From a virus (lineage: Duplodnaviria; Caudoviricetes), in IMG/VR virus record IMGVR_UViG_3300030419_007568, positions 1 to 52,260 of that record: DNA of 52,260 nt; one strand, written 5' to 3'. The notes under the pieces were generated by a model that did not search any database, was not told the DNA's origin, and was given only the letters and a program-made list of their open reading frames with translations. Position numbers and translations under genes: made by a program. Every line of letters starts with the position of its first letter. Within the stretch, counting starts at the first letter, position 1. Positions 9,301 through 18,178 of the stretch are shown piece after piece.

Positions 9301-11224
9301 TAATTTGTGCCTGTTGGTCACCCCATTTGATCATACCAAGAAGAAAACCCCAAGATTCCTCGGTTGATGGTAGTTGATTTGCATTTGAAATTCTTCCTCT
9401 TTGTTGAGCGTTCAAAATATTATTATACTTTGAGGTGTCTATATTGCTGTGGACCATTTCTAATAGTATTTTTATTAGCGACACAGGAGAATTACCATCT
9501 AGAAGACCTTCTAATTCTTCTTTTGTACACTGGTCGGAAATATCTCGATTAAGTTGTCGTATTTGTGCTAAAGTTGGGGCTTTTCTTACTATTTTTGGTG
9601 CGTCAGATGATGGGTCGTCAAGAACTTTATTTACAATCTCTAGTTCAGAAAACATTTTCGAAAGATCTATGTACGTTTCAGATTGATCAATTAGTTCGTT
9701 TAATTGAAGCTCGCCATAGGGGAATTCAGATGTCGGGCGTCCTGTGTCTGGCTTAGATGGGTCTGGCTCAGGTCCACAACCCAAGGCGGCAGCCAGAAGA
9801 TCTTTAAGTGCTGAAAGTATAAATTGCTTAATATACTCAACTAGCATTTTTTCAATGGCTTCTGTCCATAGCGCCAACGAGTTTCTGGTCTTACCCTTGA
9901 ACTTTAAAAGGTCAAACTGGAGACCAGGGTTTGCCTCCGTTACAACCTCCCTAATAAGATTTTTAGCGCCTGGTGCTTCGTCAACAAGTGGGTCTAGAAG
10001 AAAATCACCAGCAGCTTCGCCAATAGCCTCAAGAGCACAACTGATTACTCTGTTGACTTCTGTTTCTATATCTCTGCTAATTTTAGCTGGGTCCCTGACA
10101 TAGTCATCTACATTGTTTGAATTTACTGTAATTGACCCGAATTGAAACTCGGCTTCTTCAACGCCCTCTTTTATTTCTTTCAAAGTTTCGTTGGCATACT
10201 TCGATTGTGCCAAAAACAAAAGATCCTTAGCTTTTACAATAGCGTCGGCGATTATATCTTTTTTTTCCACTTGGTTAAAAATATTAACTATGTCCCAAGC
10301 CTCTTTTATTGTTTGAGAAAGTCCAGTATCACAGGATCCCATAGCACTCCTAAGAGTGTTCGTGACTTCTTTGCCGGTAATATTGGTGGATTGTTCCAGC
10401 ACACGAGCAAGGACGCCCGGTTCTTTAAAAAGTTCTTCGTCTCCCATGGCGGCAGCCATCTTTTGGTTTGCGTTTTTTTTGGCTCCGCCCGCTGATGAGT
10501 TTAAAACGTCCTTTAGGTCTTTTTTATCATCAGGAGAAGGGATGTCGATTGTGGAAGGATATATTGAATTTCTGTTTAAATTAGGGAAAGTGTTTGCTAC
10601 CAAAAACCGTGTCCAGGGAGGAAGTTCTTTAGTTCCAGCATATCCGGCAATTGTTTTCGAATTACAAAGATATGCCATTGAGGTACTGTTTAATGCTTCG
10701 AAAGCATCATAGCTTTCATTATTCTTTATCATCCCATGTTTAGATAACCCAATCCCTTCTAAAATCAAATTACCGTTGTAAAAGACATACCTTAACACAT
10801 AATTGTTGTCAAATCTTAAGTCTATAATATCTTCTGGGTCTCCCTGTAGTCCATTGATTGTTATAAATTTGTCTAAATAACTGCCAAATGGCTCAAGGGT
10901 GGCTATTTCTTGTTCTAAATCAAATCCCGATAAATGAGAAGGAGTTATCCTAGATTTGTCAAGTATATCAGCATACCTCTTTAAAACCTTTAAAGTTTTT
11001 TCTACAGTCCTGCGAAGACTTTCCAAGCCAGACACCACAGAAATTGGCGCAGGAGGAAGCGATAAAAGCAATTTTGATATTTCTAAAGGAGATAAGGCAG
11101 GTGTCTGAGTTAAAACCGGAGGCTGAATGGTGAAATCAGAGAGACGGATGTCTCTTTCTTCCGGGGGGGCGACCTGTCCGGCGTCGCCGCCGCCACCGCC
11201 GCCGTGCTGTGGATTATAAGCCAC
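6326..11224 (-). CDS. Large hypothetical protein in the tail/baseplate module (1632 aa)
   Basis: Long uninterrupted ORF between spike and gp25-like genes; helical-looking; no recognised motif. Confidence 0.6.
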   Translation of the reverse strand: MAYNPQHGGGGGGDAGQVAPPEERDIRLSDFTIQPPVLTQTPALSPLEISKLLLSLPPAPISVVSGLESLRRTVEKTLKVLKRYADILDKSRITPSHLSGFDLEQEIATLEPFGSYLDKFITINGLQGDPEDIIDLRFDNNYVLRYVFYNGNLILEGIGLSKHGMIKNNESYDAFEALNSTSMAYLCNSKTIAGYAGTKELPPWTRFLVANTFPNLNRNSIYPSTIDIPSPDDKKDLKDVLNSSAGGAKKNANQKMAAAMGDEELFKEPGVLARVLEQSTNITGKEVTNTLRSAMGSCDTGLSQTIKEAWDIVNIFNQVEKKDIIADAIVKAKDLLFLAQSKYANETLKEIKEGVEEAEFQFGSITVNSNNVDDYVRDPAKISRDIETEVNRVISCALEAIGEAAGDFLLDPLVDEAPGAKNLIREVVTEANPGLQFDLLKFKGKTRNSLALWTEAIEKMLVEYIKQFILSALKDLLAAALGCGPEPDPSKPDTGRPTSEFPYGELQLNELIDQSETYIDLSKMFSELEIVNKVLDDPSSDAPKIVRKAPTLAQIRQLNRDISDQCTKEELEGLLDGNSPVSLIKILLEMVHSNIDTSKYNNILNAQQRGRISNANQLPSTEESWGFLLGMIKWGDQQAQITIEDGGRIVPLSEEMKTRILMSTDSLNAGDERYATLELNEAKLKEYLKKLGDALGPEAVPSEPKEPSEEFCAPKDIGSAGLETPLMSYAQYSKQVEEETVAQLEQIYDLCEMINGIEFGDWGDWELFEDFEGFPVAEYWRKLLEKIAYLSKLFQLFMSDALRMSAEAAAAPKPPLPQQNNTVLYEILQGEFSNTWAKPYVVASRLPDFPGAVVPVWRMGSPNDESPGYVEFSFNNEEVFMSAVMPDADGNLISPVFLGSARLASDNAIGMEGNNFVIKGKARPDGKPAGTTFDVFTTPMANAINNAIEVSAPTTVRNRNVDGYAFPLGFGLNYTPIKDLGSYFFANGDGIAALRPYTAALSEPLFVTNGNPCPDIRKEMIAKSCMASLQARITTFMLNLGPILRAYHGFNMPDTVSMMAGYLAQKFEYETSRTGLYEIYLTSMDAVDDVYSGGVANDAGVTFQIGDRHDLRSKLDRAIELILKTMMYRVGTKTRYYSANTNIFKEREYREHFTAFADFVRRGTHNAGENRQLTAESLGGNAESPSAFSGETAGVAPKIKALHNTRYAGTDSEIWYSRDSLYYLPQPLIMGLLAIYHDHVVNIQNRLPMFKFMTGKRIAAADDTFMTAVNPDNITAFSDSYSSFPLVLSGKTYYSEREVRDEIKRLQGFWDKINDYQTMLGISVYGQGGYSGFIVAFGEETLKPSNMDPLEATASTNRDFWNTLYAFRPQGNQSILQRFQALPQSTRVTWQRHALIANYGDSNSIRAWPRDESVVEDASTGLYAKNVVFTERLRLMEHAGAQSFIDQYKISADVKENYNPYAPVDARTATGKTFLQNYISNQRTTLYNQSKIEFPVDWGVDYDPIPRWYKPKGADGQGYNGMSYPHPGMWGISGGELAFQDNYNGGPPPYGSNGFRGIDYTQDLITFGLIGHERGLVSADNLAGHFDTLDKVAISYIYYLLNYYSVKYYSSANPDDPRSDINKLREFLNEQG

Positions 11225-11225
11225 C

Positions 11226-12305
11226 TTATTGTCCCCCCTCTTCTTCGTTTGGCACGTTGGTACCCTCTAAATACACAACAAAAGTATTAAATGGAATTCG
11301 TAATCCCAGCAACCAAACACCAACACCATTGGGTGCGGAAGGACGATCAGAATCACCATATCTTGATAAAAAATTGCCCCTATCAAGAATAGAAACGGCT
11401 TGTGTTAAGTCGCTTATCTCTTTCGAGGGCAAAAAATCAATCCCTAAATAGGACAAGAGCTTGTTCACACCCTGTCCTATAAATAATTTTCTTTTTCTTG
11501 CTTGGATGGTACTATTTTTTCCTTTTTCATCAAAACTTCTTATATCTCTGTCGTTAGTTCGAACAATGTAGTACATGTTTTTGTCTCGGTTGTTAAAATA
11601 AATGACCGAGCTTTTTCTATCTGCCGTTAAGTTTTTCGTCCAGTCGTTAAAGTTTAAATCATCTGGCTGCTTGTTCATAATGCTGTTTTTCAAGTTGGCA
11701 GCAGGCTCAAGTGGGGAACCCAAAGCAGGCGAAAATGGTTGAAGCTTAAAACTTCTCCTAATTGCAAACGTTCTTGCTTGTGAAGATTGATATGGTATTA
11801 CTGTAAGTCTCATGTATGCTATATTTGGCTCATCCGAATCATTTCCTGGGTTTAGTGCTTCCTTGGTTGATAATGTGATTAACATATCTCCATTAGTTTC
11901 TTCTGTTATTCTGGTGTACATGTTTGCCAACTGATCGTTTCTTTGTTTTTCCGACAAAGGATGAAAATCAAATATAGTAATGTATTCTTCGTCATTCTTT
12001 GGGAGTGGGAGCTTTTTTATTATTGCGTTTTGCGGGTAAACGGCGGCATAAGCCATTGCATCACCAAGGGTTATTTTTTTATGCCTGTCCGTTACTGGTC
12101 CAGAGGGAACTAAATCCTCACCTATAACCGGAAACTTTCCATAGTTAATATAGGAATCGTGAATTCCTTCTATAACCCACTTATTTCTTGCGTTGGAATA
12201 ATCATAATCTCGACCGTTGCGGCCGCCAGAACCAGCAGCGGTAACCTGATCGGTAAAAAATTCAGGATGAGGATTAACTATGTTTTTATAATCTTTTTTT
12301 GACAT
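11226..12305 (-). CDS. Hypothetical protein
   Basis: 359-aa ORF tightly packed in the operon. Confidence 0.6.
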   Translation of the reverse strand: MSKKDYKNIVNPHPEFFTDQVTAAGSGGRNGRDYDYSNARNKWVIEGIHDSYINYGKFPVIGEDLVPSGPVTDRHKKITLGDAMAYAAVYPQNAIIKKLPLPKNDEEYITIFDFHPLSEKQRNDQLANMYTRITEETNGDMLITLSTKEALNPGNDSDEPNIAYMRLTVIPYQSSQARTFAIRRSFKLQPFSPALGSPLEPAANLKNSIMNKQPDDLNFNDWTKNLTADRKSSVIYFNNRDKNMYYIVRTNDRDIRSFDEKGKNSTIQARKRKLFIGQGVNKLLSYLGIDFLPSKEISDLTQAVSILDRGNFLSRYGDSDRPSAPNGVGVWLLGLRIPFNTFVVYLEGTNVPNEEEGGQ

Positions 12306-12307
12306 GA

Positions 12308-13243
12308 TTAGTTTGTAGTATTATAAGGACTATTAATATAACCCTTTCCTAAAGGTGTGTAAAAATGAGTGTTATGGAGAACAATATTTGATTGATGAGT
12401 TGACAGGTCCAATACTAGTTGCGCTACATTGTTAAGCTGCGTTAAGCAATGTCCTGCAAGATCGGGCGAAGGAGAGACGGGACCACCGGCCAATGGTGCA
12501 GCAATGTGTGTATGTGCAGCTAAAGCTGCCTGAAGGCTTAGGAAGGCATTAACAAGTGAAAAAACAATCCCATTAAGGTCAGTTATCATCTTGTTCTGAT
12601 CTTTCATAGCTGCCATCAATTTTCTTCCTTTTACTAACGGTTCCAGTTCGGCACCTCTGTTTCCAGCGATAAGGTCGATGCCAGGGACAAATTTTGTTCT
12701 TATTCCTTGTGAATTAAAAATATCAGTTCCCGAAGAAACTATTTTAACCCCCTCTCTTGCAACCAGGCGGACAGCATCTGCCTTTATAACTATTCCCGAT
12801 TTGGCTACTGATGATCCTACTTTTCCGTCGTGAAGATTAAAATATTCATCAACATCTGATTTTTGACTGATGTATATTCTTGCTGCATCCAATTCCGGGC
12901 TCTTATCTGTGTAAAGAATTTTCCCTTCCTTGTCTGTACTCCTAGCCAAACGCCCGGTCATGCCTGCAATTATATCAATACACGCAGCGTGTGTGTTTCC
13001 TCGTCCACCGTAACCACTGGAACCTCCACGGGGTCGGTCTCTACCCATCATAATAAAACAATTTGACGGTGGGTGGTCTGGTAGAGCAACCTCATTACCG
13101 AAGAGTGATGGGTTTGGTATTGGTTCTATTATGTGAGAATTTAAAACGCCACTATTTTTTTGACCATAATTTTGGACGTCTGCTGCTTTTTCGAGCAATA
13201 CAGGATCGACGCCGTTTTTTGAATCTACTGGTATATTGGCCAT
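12308..13243 (-). CDS. Baseplate central spike protein (gp5 C-terminal / gpV-like)
   Basis: Beta-helix-like segment (IVIKADAVRLVAREGVKIVS), coiled coil, and AAHTH HxH metal-binding tip motif. Confidence 0.6.
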   Translation of the reverse strand: MANIPVDSKNGVDPVLLEKAADVQNYGQKNSGVLNSHIIEPIPNPSLFGNEVALPDHPPSNCFIMMGRDRPRGGSSGYGGRGNTHAACIDIIAGMTGRLARSTDKEGKILYTDKSPELDAARIYISQKSDVDEYFNLHDGKVGSSVAKSGIVIKADAVRLVAREGVKIVSSGTDIFNSQGIRTKFVPGIDLIAGNRGAELEPLVKGRKLMAAMKDQNKMITDLNGIVFSLVNAFLSLQAALAAHTHIAAPLAGGPVSPSPDLAGHCLTQLNNVAQLVLDLSTHQSNIVLHNTHFYTPLGKGYINSPYNTTN

Positions 13244-13257
13244 TCTTTGCCCTTATC

Positions 13258-14601
13258 TCACTTGGGGACTTTCCCAAAAAACCAATCAGCCTCAATTCTC
13301 CTTCTTTTCATAAGTCCTCGGTTCCTTTTACCTTCGGAATAAATCCATTCTAGGAATTTGGCATGAATTTCAAATTTAGACCCACCTTTTTTAATAACCC
13401 TTATGATGCTTGCGGGTCCTTTTGGTCCCGTATTATATCCCATAGAAACTAACGCATCCATTTGATTTTGAGTAAACTTTGATGCTAAATCTTTGCCGGC
13501 AGAAGTGCGGACTTCCTCGGCTGTGATGTTTTGGAGGTAGCTTGCCAGCAATGATGCTGCTTGTGGTTCTGATATTGCCGAATACAGAGTGTTTGGAACA
13601 GCCTCTTTCCATTTAAAATTCCTTTTTCCGTTTGCGCCCCAAGTCGTAGCTTTGGGGGCAGCCTTTATTTGAGTGGTATCGGGATTGGTTTGAACCCATA
13701 AATAAGACTTCTTTGCGCCGGGATTTGTTCCGATTGTTTTAGCTCCTTGAGGCGAGCCGTCATGCAAAACATATAATAACAATCTTTTATTCCTTTCGGA
13801 CGTTAAAGTAAGTCCGTACCCTACAGCATCATGACCTGCGTCGTACCCCGCTAAAACTGTAGATATGAAGGCTTCCTTTTTCTTAACAAAGTTAATAAGT
13901 TCCTGTGAGGGTATATAAGCAGCGGGAGTTTTTACTATGTTTCCTACCGAGAATATTTTACCGCAAGCTGCTTTTGTTTGAGCCTCTGAAAACCCACCAA
14001 AAGTTGCCTTTTTTCGGCCGCCCTGAGAACCAGCACCCGGAGCGCCAGAACCTGGGACAATTCCAGACGGTGCAATATAATCAGCACAAATTCTAAATTC
14101 TTCGGAAGGCTTAAGTCCGGCAATACTAATGCCTGCTGCATAATTTGATTGCAAAATCCCATTTCCATACTCCCATGGTGTTTTCTTTTGAACATGGGAT
14201 ACCACAACATCGTCTCCTTCTTCCAATTTAGCAAACCTGGCTTTTTGTTGGCTTGTGTATACCGGATGGAGACCTATTTTTAATAAATTCTTCTTTCCGA
14301 GAGGAGTAGTCCACTGAGCGGGACCCTGGGGTATGGGTAGGTAGTCGTGCATACCTTTAACACGACACCTTACAGAAATTGGATCTTTGTTATTTTCGTC
14401 TAGAGCATTTTTTGTTGGAGATGTGAGAACTTTTGCGATGAAAGAATTGACACCATCATAAACATCATGGGTATACCTTTCTGCCAACATTTCCTTCATG
14501 GCTGCATGTGGATTGTCAACATCAGCATTATACCCTGGGCGGGCTCCGGCGCTTCTTTTAATTAATCCCACGGTAGGATTAGGATTATCCTGAACACTCA
14601 T
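13258..14601 (-). CDS. Baseplate hub protein with C-terminal GH24 (phage-type) lysozyme
   Basis: INFVKKKEAF...VGYG, TQNQMDALVSMGYNTG and WIYSEGKRNRGLMKRRRIEADWF match GH24 muramidase; N-terminal part may be gp5 OB-fold-like. Confidence 0.8.
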   Translation of the reverse strand: MSVQDNPNPTVGLIKRSAGARPGYNADVDNPHAAMKEMLAERYTHDVYDGVNSFIAKVLTSPTKNALDENNKDPISVRCRVKGMHDYLPIPQGPAQWTTPLGKKNLLKIGLHPVYTSQQKARFAKLEEGDDVVVSHVQKKTPWEYGNGILQSNYAAGISIAGLKPSEEFRICADYIAPSGIVPGSGAPGAGSQGGRKKATFGGFSEAQTKAACGKIFSVGNIVKTPAAYIPSQELINFVKKKEAFISTVLAGYDAGHDAVGYGLTLTSERNKRLLLYVLHDGSPQGAKTIGTNPGAKKSYLWVQTNPDTTQIKAAPKATTWGANGKRNFKWKEAVPNTLYSAISEPQAASLLASYLQNITAEEVRTSAGKDLASKFTQNQMDALVSMGYNTGPKGPASIIRVIKKGGSKFEIHAKFLEWIYSEGKRNRGLMKRRRIEADWFFGKVPK

Positions 14602-14897
14602 TGGTCGCCTCCTGAATTAATAATGTCGAAGAGTTCGCTTTTGTCTCTGTCCGAAAGTGATTCGAAACCTTTTTGAGCCTCTCTTTTGTGTACTAGTGTT
14701 GCTAATTTAACAAGTTGCTCATTACTCCTTTGGAGGGTTTCCACAAATTTTGCAGCGGTATTCCCAGAATCAGCGTACCTTTCCTTGGAGACATCCATAT
14801 ATTCTTTCAACTGGCTCAACAGAGTTTCTGTCTCCTGTCTATCATTATTGATATTCACAAGTGCCTGTTCTATCAAGGACTCTAGATCTTTTTTCAT
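14598..14897 (-). CDS. Hypothetical coiled-coil protein
   Basis: 99-aa ORF, GAGGGG RBS, ATGA overlap with the next gene. Confidence 0.6.
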   Translation of the reverse strand: MKKDLESLIEQALVNINNDRQETETLLSQLKEYMDVSKERYADSGNTAAKFVETLQRSNEQLVKLATLVHKREAQKGFESLSDRDKSELFDIINSGGDQ

Positions 14898-14915
14898 TAT
14901 TAACCCCTCATCATT

Positions 14916-14922
14916 TAAATAG
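14916..14922 (-). promoter_or_regulatory. Putative late promoter (CTATTTA) heading the baseplate operon
   Basis: Instance of the recurring TAnTTA motif in a short intergenic gap. Confidence 0.5.
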
Positions 14923-14926
14923 GGCT

Positions 14927-15607
14927 TTAATTAATTTCTCCCCGGTTCCATTTTTCCTTAAAAATTCTAAATTTTACTCTCATTTTGTTTAAACAGCTTA
15001 CAACCTGCTTTGTATTGAGTCCTGTTATTTCCCGCATATAAAGATAAATTGCCTTCTTATTGAATATTTCTATATCATCTATGTTTTTCATAAGAAGCAA
15101 AACAGCATCCAAAACTTTCTTCTCGTTTTCTTTAAGTTTGATGTTTTGCCATCCCTCAACTTCTCGAAGCAGGAAAGCCCAAAATTCTTTCTCCTCGGCT
15201 TCAGACAAAATATCCTTACTGTCGGCATTCGAGATTTCGGCTTCTTTGATCATGCTGTCATAATTTACTTCTCGGCGGTTTTTTTGTGTTTGTTTCTTGG
15301 CTTTGTGAGTAAACCAGTTTTTGGTAACCACGGAAAAATAAGAAAAAGCTTTCGTACCTTGCTTTGGGTCAAATTTCGACAATATAGTTGTCAGCCACAC
15401 CTTGCAATCATCCTTGAGAACATCTACATTTTCAAGAGAAGTAAATTTATAAGTATAAACTATTTTATCTACTAGTTCGTTAAATGCTGGCTGTATTTCT
15501 TCAATATAAAGCTTTGATCTTATTGTGTTGTCGTTTGTTTTACAATAATCAATAATTGCTTGTTCTGTTACTTTTGTAAAATAATAGTTCTTACTCTTCT
15601 TCTTCAA
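14927..15607 (-). CDS. Phage sigma factor (T4 gp55-like late sigma)
   Basis: Region-2-like KFDPKQGTKAFSYFSVVTKNWF and C-terminal HTH-like IYLYMREITGLNTKQVVSCLNKMR. Confidence 0.7.
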   Translation of the reverse strand: MKKKSKNYYFTKVTEQAIIDYCKTNDNTIRSKLYIEEIQPAFNELVDKIVYTYKFTSLENVDVLKDDCKVWLTTILSKFDPKQGTKAFSYFSVVTKNWFTHKAKKQTQKNRREVNYDSMIKEAEISNADSKDILSEAEEKEFWAFLLREVEGWQNIKLKENEKKVLDAVLLLMKNIDDIEIFNKKAIYLYMREITGLNTKQVVSCLNKMRVKFRIFKEKWNRGEIN

Positions 15608-15866
15608 TACTAAACCTCTCCGTCATAACACTTAGTTCTTCTGAAAAGTCTTTCGTATGTTCGAGCAATCCTTTCAATGTAGAGTCCCCGTAAAAGGTTT
15701 CTAGGTTATAGACAGTTATTAAGTGTTCTTCATATTTGTTCATATTTTCTTGGAAAATTAAAAAATTTTCCGCATGATCATTAAATCTAATGAGTAGTTC
15801 TCTAACGTACCAAACAAAGAACAAATTCAAAACTAAACTAAGCGTTAGAAAAATATACAAACTCAC
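15591..15866 (-). CDS. Small membrane-anchored protein
   Basis: N-terminal hydrophobic helix LYIFLTLSLVLNLFFVWYV. Confidence 0.6.
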   Translation of the reverse strand: MSLYIFLTLSLVLNLFFVWYVRELLIRFNDHAENFLIFQENMNKYEEHLITVYNLETFYGDSTLKGLLEHTKDFSEELSVMTERFSIEEEE

Positions 15867-16120
15867 TTTTTCCTCTCTTTCAGTTTTTTCTTATCATTTT
15901 TAATTTCTTGTTTGATTTCTTCTATTGTTTGGACAACTAATTTTCCAGATTTCTTATTTTGTTTTGTTATCCCTTTCCTGACTTTGGTGGGGATTGCGAG
16001 TTGTTTTTGTACGCAGCCTTCTTTTTTGCAAAGTTCGCAGGAAGAAATCTTCTCTTTATAAGAGTGTGTTTTTTCAAAAGTTCCGAAACATTCGGAACAA
16101 TAATAATCATACCTCGGCAT
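15863..16120 (-). CDS. FmdB-family zinc-ribbon protein
   Basis: MPRYDYYCSECFGTFE...CELC; start moved to ATG at 16120. Confidence 0.8.
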   Translation of the reverse strand: MPRYDYYCSECFGTFEKTHSYKEKISSCELCKKEGCVQKQLAIPTKVRKGITKQNKKSGKLVVQTIEEIKQEIKNDKKKLKERKK

Positions 16121-16301
16121 CTTGGTCAGGTGATGCTTTGAAAGAGGTCGGTGGATTTTCAACAAAGATCTCACCTCCTTCAACTTTCAGATCCCAGTCA
16201 GCAAGAAGTTCCATGATATCTATTTCTTCAGATAAGCACTTTTGTAGTGTCATAAGAAGAGAAGTCATGGCCTGTTTTGATAGCTTGAGATTATTAGACA
16301 T
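16107..16301 (-). CDS. Hypothetical protein
   Basis: 64-aa ORF with GAAGGAG RBS, fills the operon gap. Confidence 0.6.
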   Translation of the reverse strand: MSNNLKLSKQAMTSLLMTLQKCLSEEIDIMELLADWDLKVEGGEIFVENPPTSFKASPDQDAEV

Positions 16302-16302
16302 A

Positions 16303-17307
16303 TTATTCTCCTTCTGTTTTTAAAATGTATTCATAATCTTGTTCGAACATTGTTTGAGCAAGTTTTTTAAAAGTTATTTTTGGCTCCCAACCCAAAACAG
16401 TCTTCGCTTTGGACGGGTCTCCCAAAAGATAGGGAACCTCATGTGGACGAAAAAGTCTTGGGTCTATCTCCACATGCTTATTTATGTCAAGACCGGCAAA
16501 GTCAAACACTTCTTCTAAAAATTCTTTGACTGTATGGGTTTCACCAGTTGCGATCACATAATCATCCGGATTTTCTTGTTGGAGCATTAACCACATTGCC
16601 TCTGCATAATCTCCTGCGAAACCCCAGTCTCTCTTGGCTTCTAGATTACCAAGATATAATTTATCTTGCAATCCTTGTTTGATCCTGGCAGCCGCAAGGG
16701 TTATTTTTCTCGTGACGAATGTTTCTCCTCGGCGGGGGGACTCATGGTTGAATAATATACCACTCGAAACATGTAATCCGTATGCTAATCTGTAATTTCT
16801 ACAAAGGTTGTGAGCAAAAACTTTTGCACACGCATAAGGGGATGCCGGCATTAATCTAGAATTTTCGTCAAAAGGATAATTTGGATTATCCCCAAACATC
16901 TCTGACGATGAAGCCTGATAAAATCTAGACTCAGGTACCAACTCCTTGAAGGCATTCATAAGCCTCATGGACCCCATAGCAATTCCGTCAACCGTGTTTT
17001 CTGGGATATCAAAAGAGACCCTGACATGGGACATTGCCGCTAGATGATATATTTCATCAGGCTTGTATTTGTTTATTAGTTGCCATGTTCTAGATGTGTC
17101 ATTGAGATCATAATATTCTAAAATAAAATTTGGATGGTCAAAAAGGTGGTCGATTCTGTCGGAACATATTATTGAGGTTCTTCTTTTTGCCCCAACTACT
17201 TTATATCCCTTTTTCAACAAAAGTTCCACAAGATATGATCCATCTTGTCCGGTCACCCCTGTTACAAAAGCTGTCTTAGTTTTTAAATTGTTTTTCGTAC
17301 CAGTCAT
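16303..17307 (-). CDS. gmd: GDP-mannose 4,6-dehydratase
   Basis: TGVTGQDGSYL, YQASSSEMFG, SPYACAK, FNHESPRRGETFVTRKIT, KRDWGFA; start probably ATG at 17307. Confidence 0.95.
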   Translation of the reverse strand: MTGTKNNLKTKTAFVTGVTGQDGSYLVELLLKKGYKVVGAKRRTSIICSDRIDHLFDHPNFILEYYDLNDTSRTWQLINKYKPDEIYHLAAMSHVRVSFDIPENTVDGIAMGSMRLMNAFKELVPESRFYQASSSEMFGDNPNYPFDENSRLMPASPYACAKVFAHNLCRNYRLAYGLHVSSGILFNHESPRRGETFVTRKITLAAARIKQGLQDKLYLGNLEAKRDWGFAGDYAEAMWLMLQQENPDDYVIATGETHTVKEFLEEVFDFAGLDINKHVEIDPRLFRPHEVPYLLGDPSKAKTVLGWEPKITFKKLAQTMFEQDYEYILKTEGE

Positions 17308-18178
17308 AGGTATTCCTAACTCCATCCTCAAATTTAATAAATTCATAACCACCGAGAAGATCGATCAGCCTTTGGTTTGAACCATCTTTTCTATATTGCC
17401 CATCAAGTTCATTATTGTAAACAACTTCAATCTTTTTATTAGATCTTTTTTTAATAATCGAAACCATTTCGGATATAGAAATATTTTCATTCGGCGCAAC
17501 GATAATTGGTATGTCCGTGTGGTGCTTTTCCAATAGTATAGGAATAATTTTTGCCAAATCATCAACATGTAATTGTTGACGAAGGGGTTTTCCTGTTCCC
17601 CATACCTCGATCTCATCACCGTCGGAAGCCTCGGAAAACTTTCTAATCATAGCCGAGACAAAATGGGAAGTATCCAGATCAAAATTGTCCTCTGGTCCAT
17701 AAAGATTTGATGGACAAAAGGCTGAATAATCAAGACCGTATTGGCGGCGATAAGCCATTATTTGTATATACAGGCTTCTTTTAGCATACCCATAAGATAT
17801 ATTTGTGGCAGCAGGTGGACCGTTAAATATATCTTCTTCTTTTAAGGGGTATTCTTCTACAACATCAGGAAATGTACATGTACTTAAAGATACAAGAAGT
17901 CTTTTCACCCCATTCTCATAGGCTTTTTGGACCACATTTGTGTTCATCATGGTGTTCATGTAATAAAAGTCTGCTGGTCTATCATTATTGGCTTTTATTC
18001 CTCCAACCTGTCCCGCTAAATGGATTACGGCATCAGGCTTTAACTCCTTATACATTCTGTCACAATCTTCAGTGTCCATAAGGTTATAGTCTTTTGACGA
18101 CAGATAAATCCACTCAGGCTTTATTAATTGTAGTCTTTTTCCGACGAACCCGGACCCTCCAGTTACTACTACCTTCAT
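17276..18178 (-). CDS. fcl: GDP-L-fucose synthase (epimerase/reductase)
   Basis: TGGSGFVG, HLAGQVGGIKAN, YGYAKR, PSNLYGPEDNF, WGTGKPLRQ; adjacent to gmd. Confidence 0.88.
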   Translation of the reverse strand: MKVVVTGGSGFVGKRLQLIKPEWIYLSSKDYNLMDTEDCDRMYKELKPDAVIHLAGQVGGIKANNDRPADFYYMNTMMNTNVVQKAYENGVKRLLVSLSTCTFPDVVEEYPLKEEDIFNGPPAATNISYGYAKRSLYIQIMAYRRQYGLDYSAFCPSNLYGPEDNFDLDTSHFVSAMIRKFSEASDGDEIEVWGTGKPLRQQLHVDDLAKIIPILLEKHHTDIPIIVAPNENISISEMVSIIKKRSNKKIEVVYNNELDGQYRKDGSNQRLIDLLGGYEFIKFEDGVRNTYDWYEKQFKN

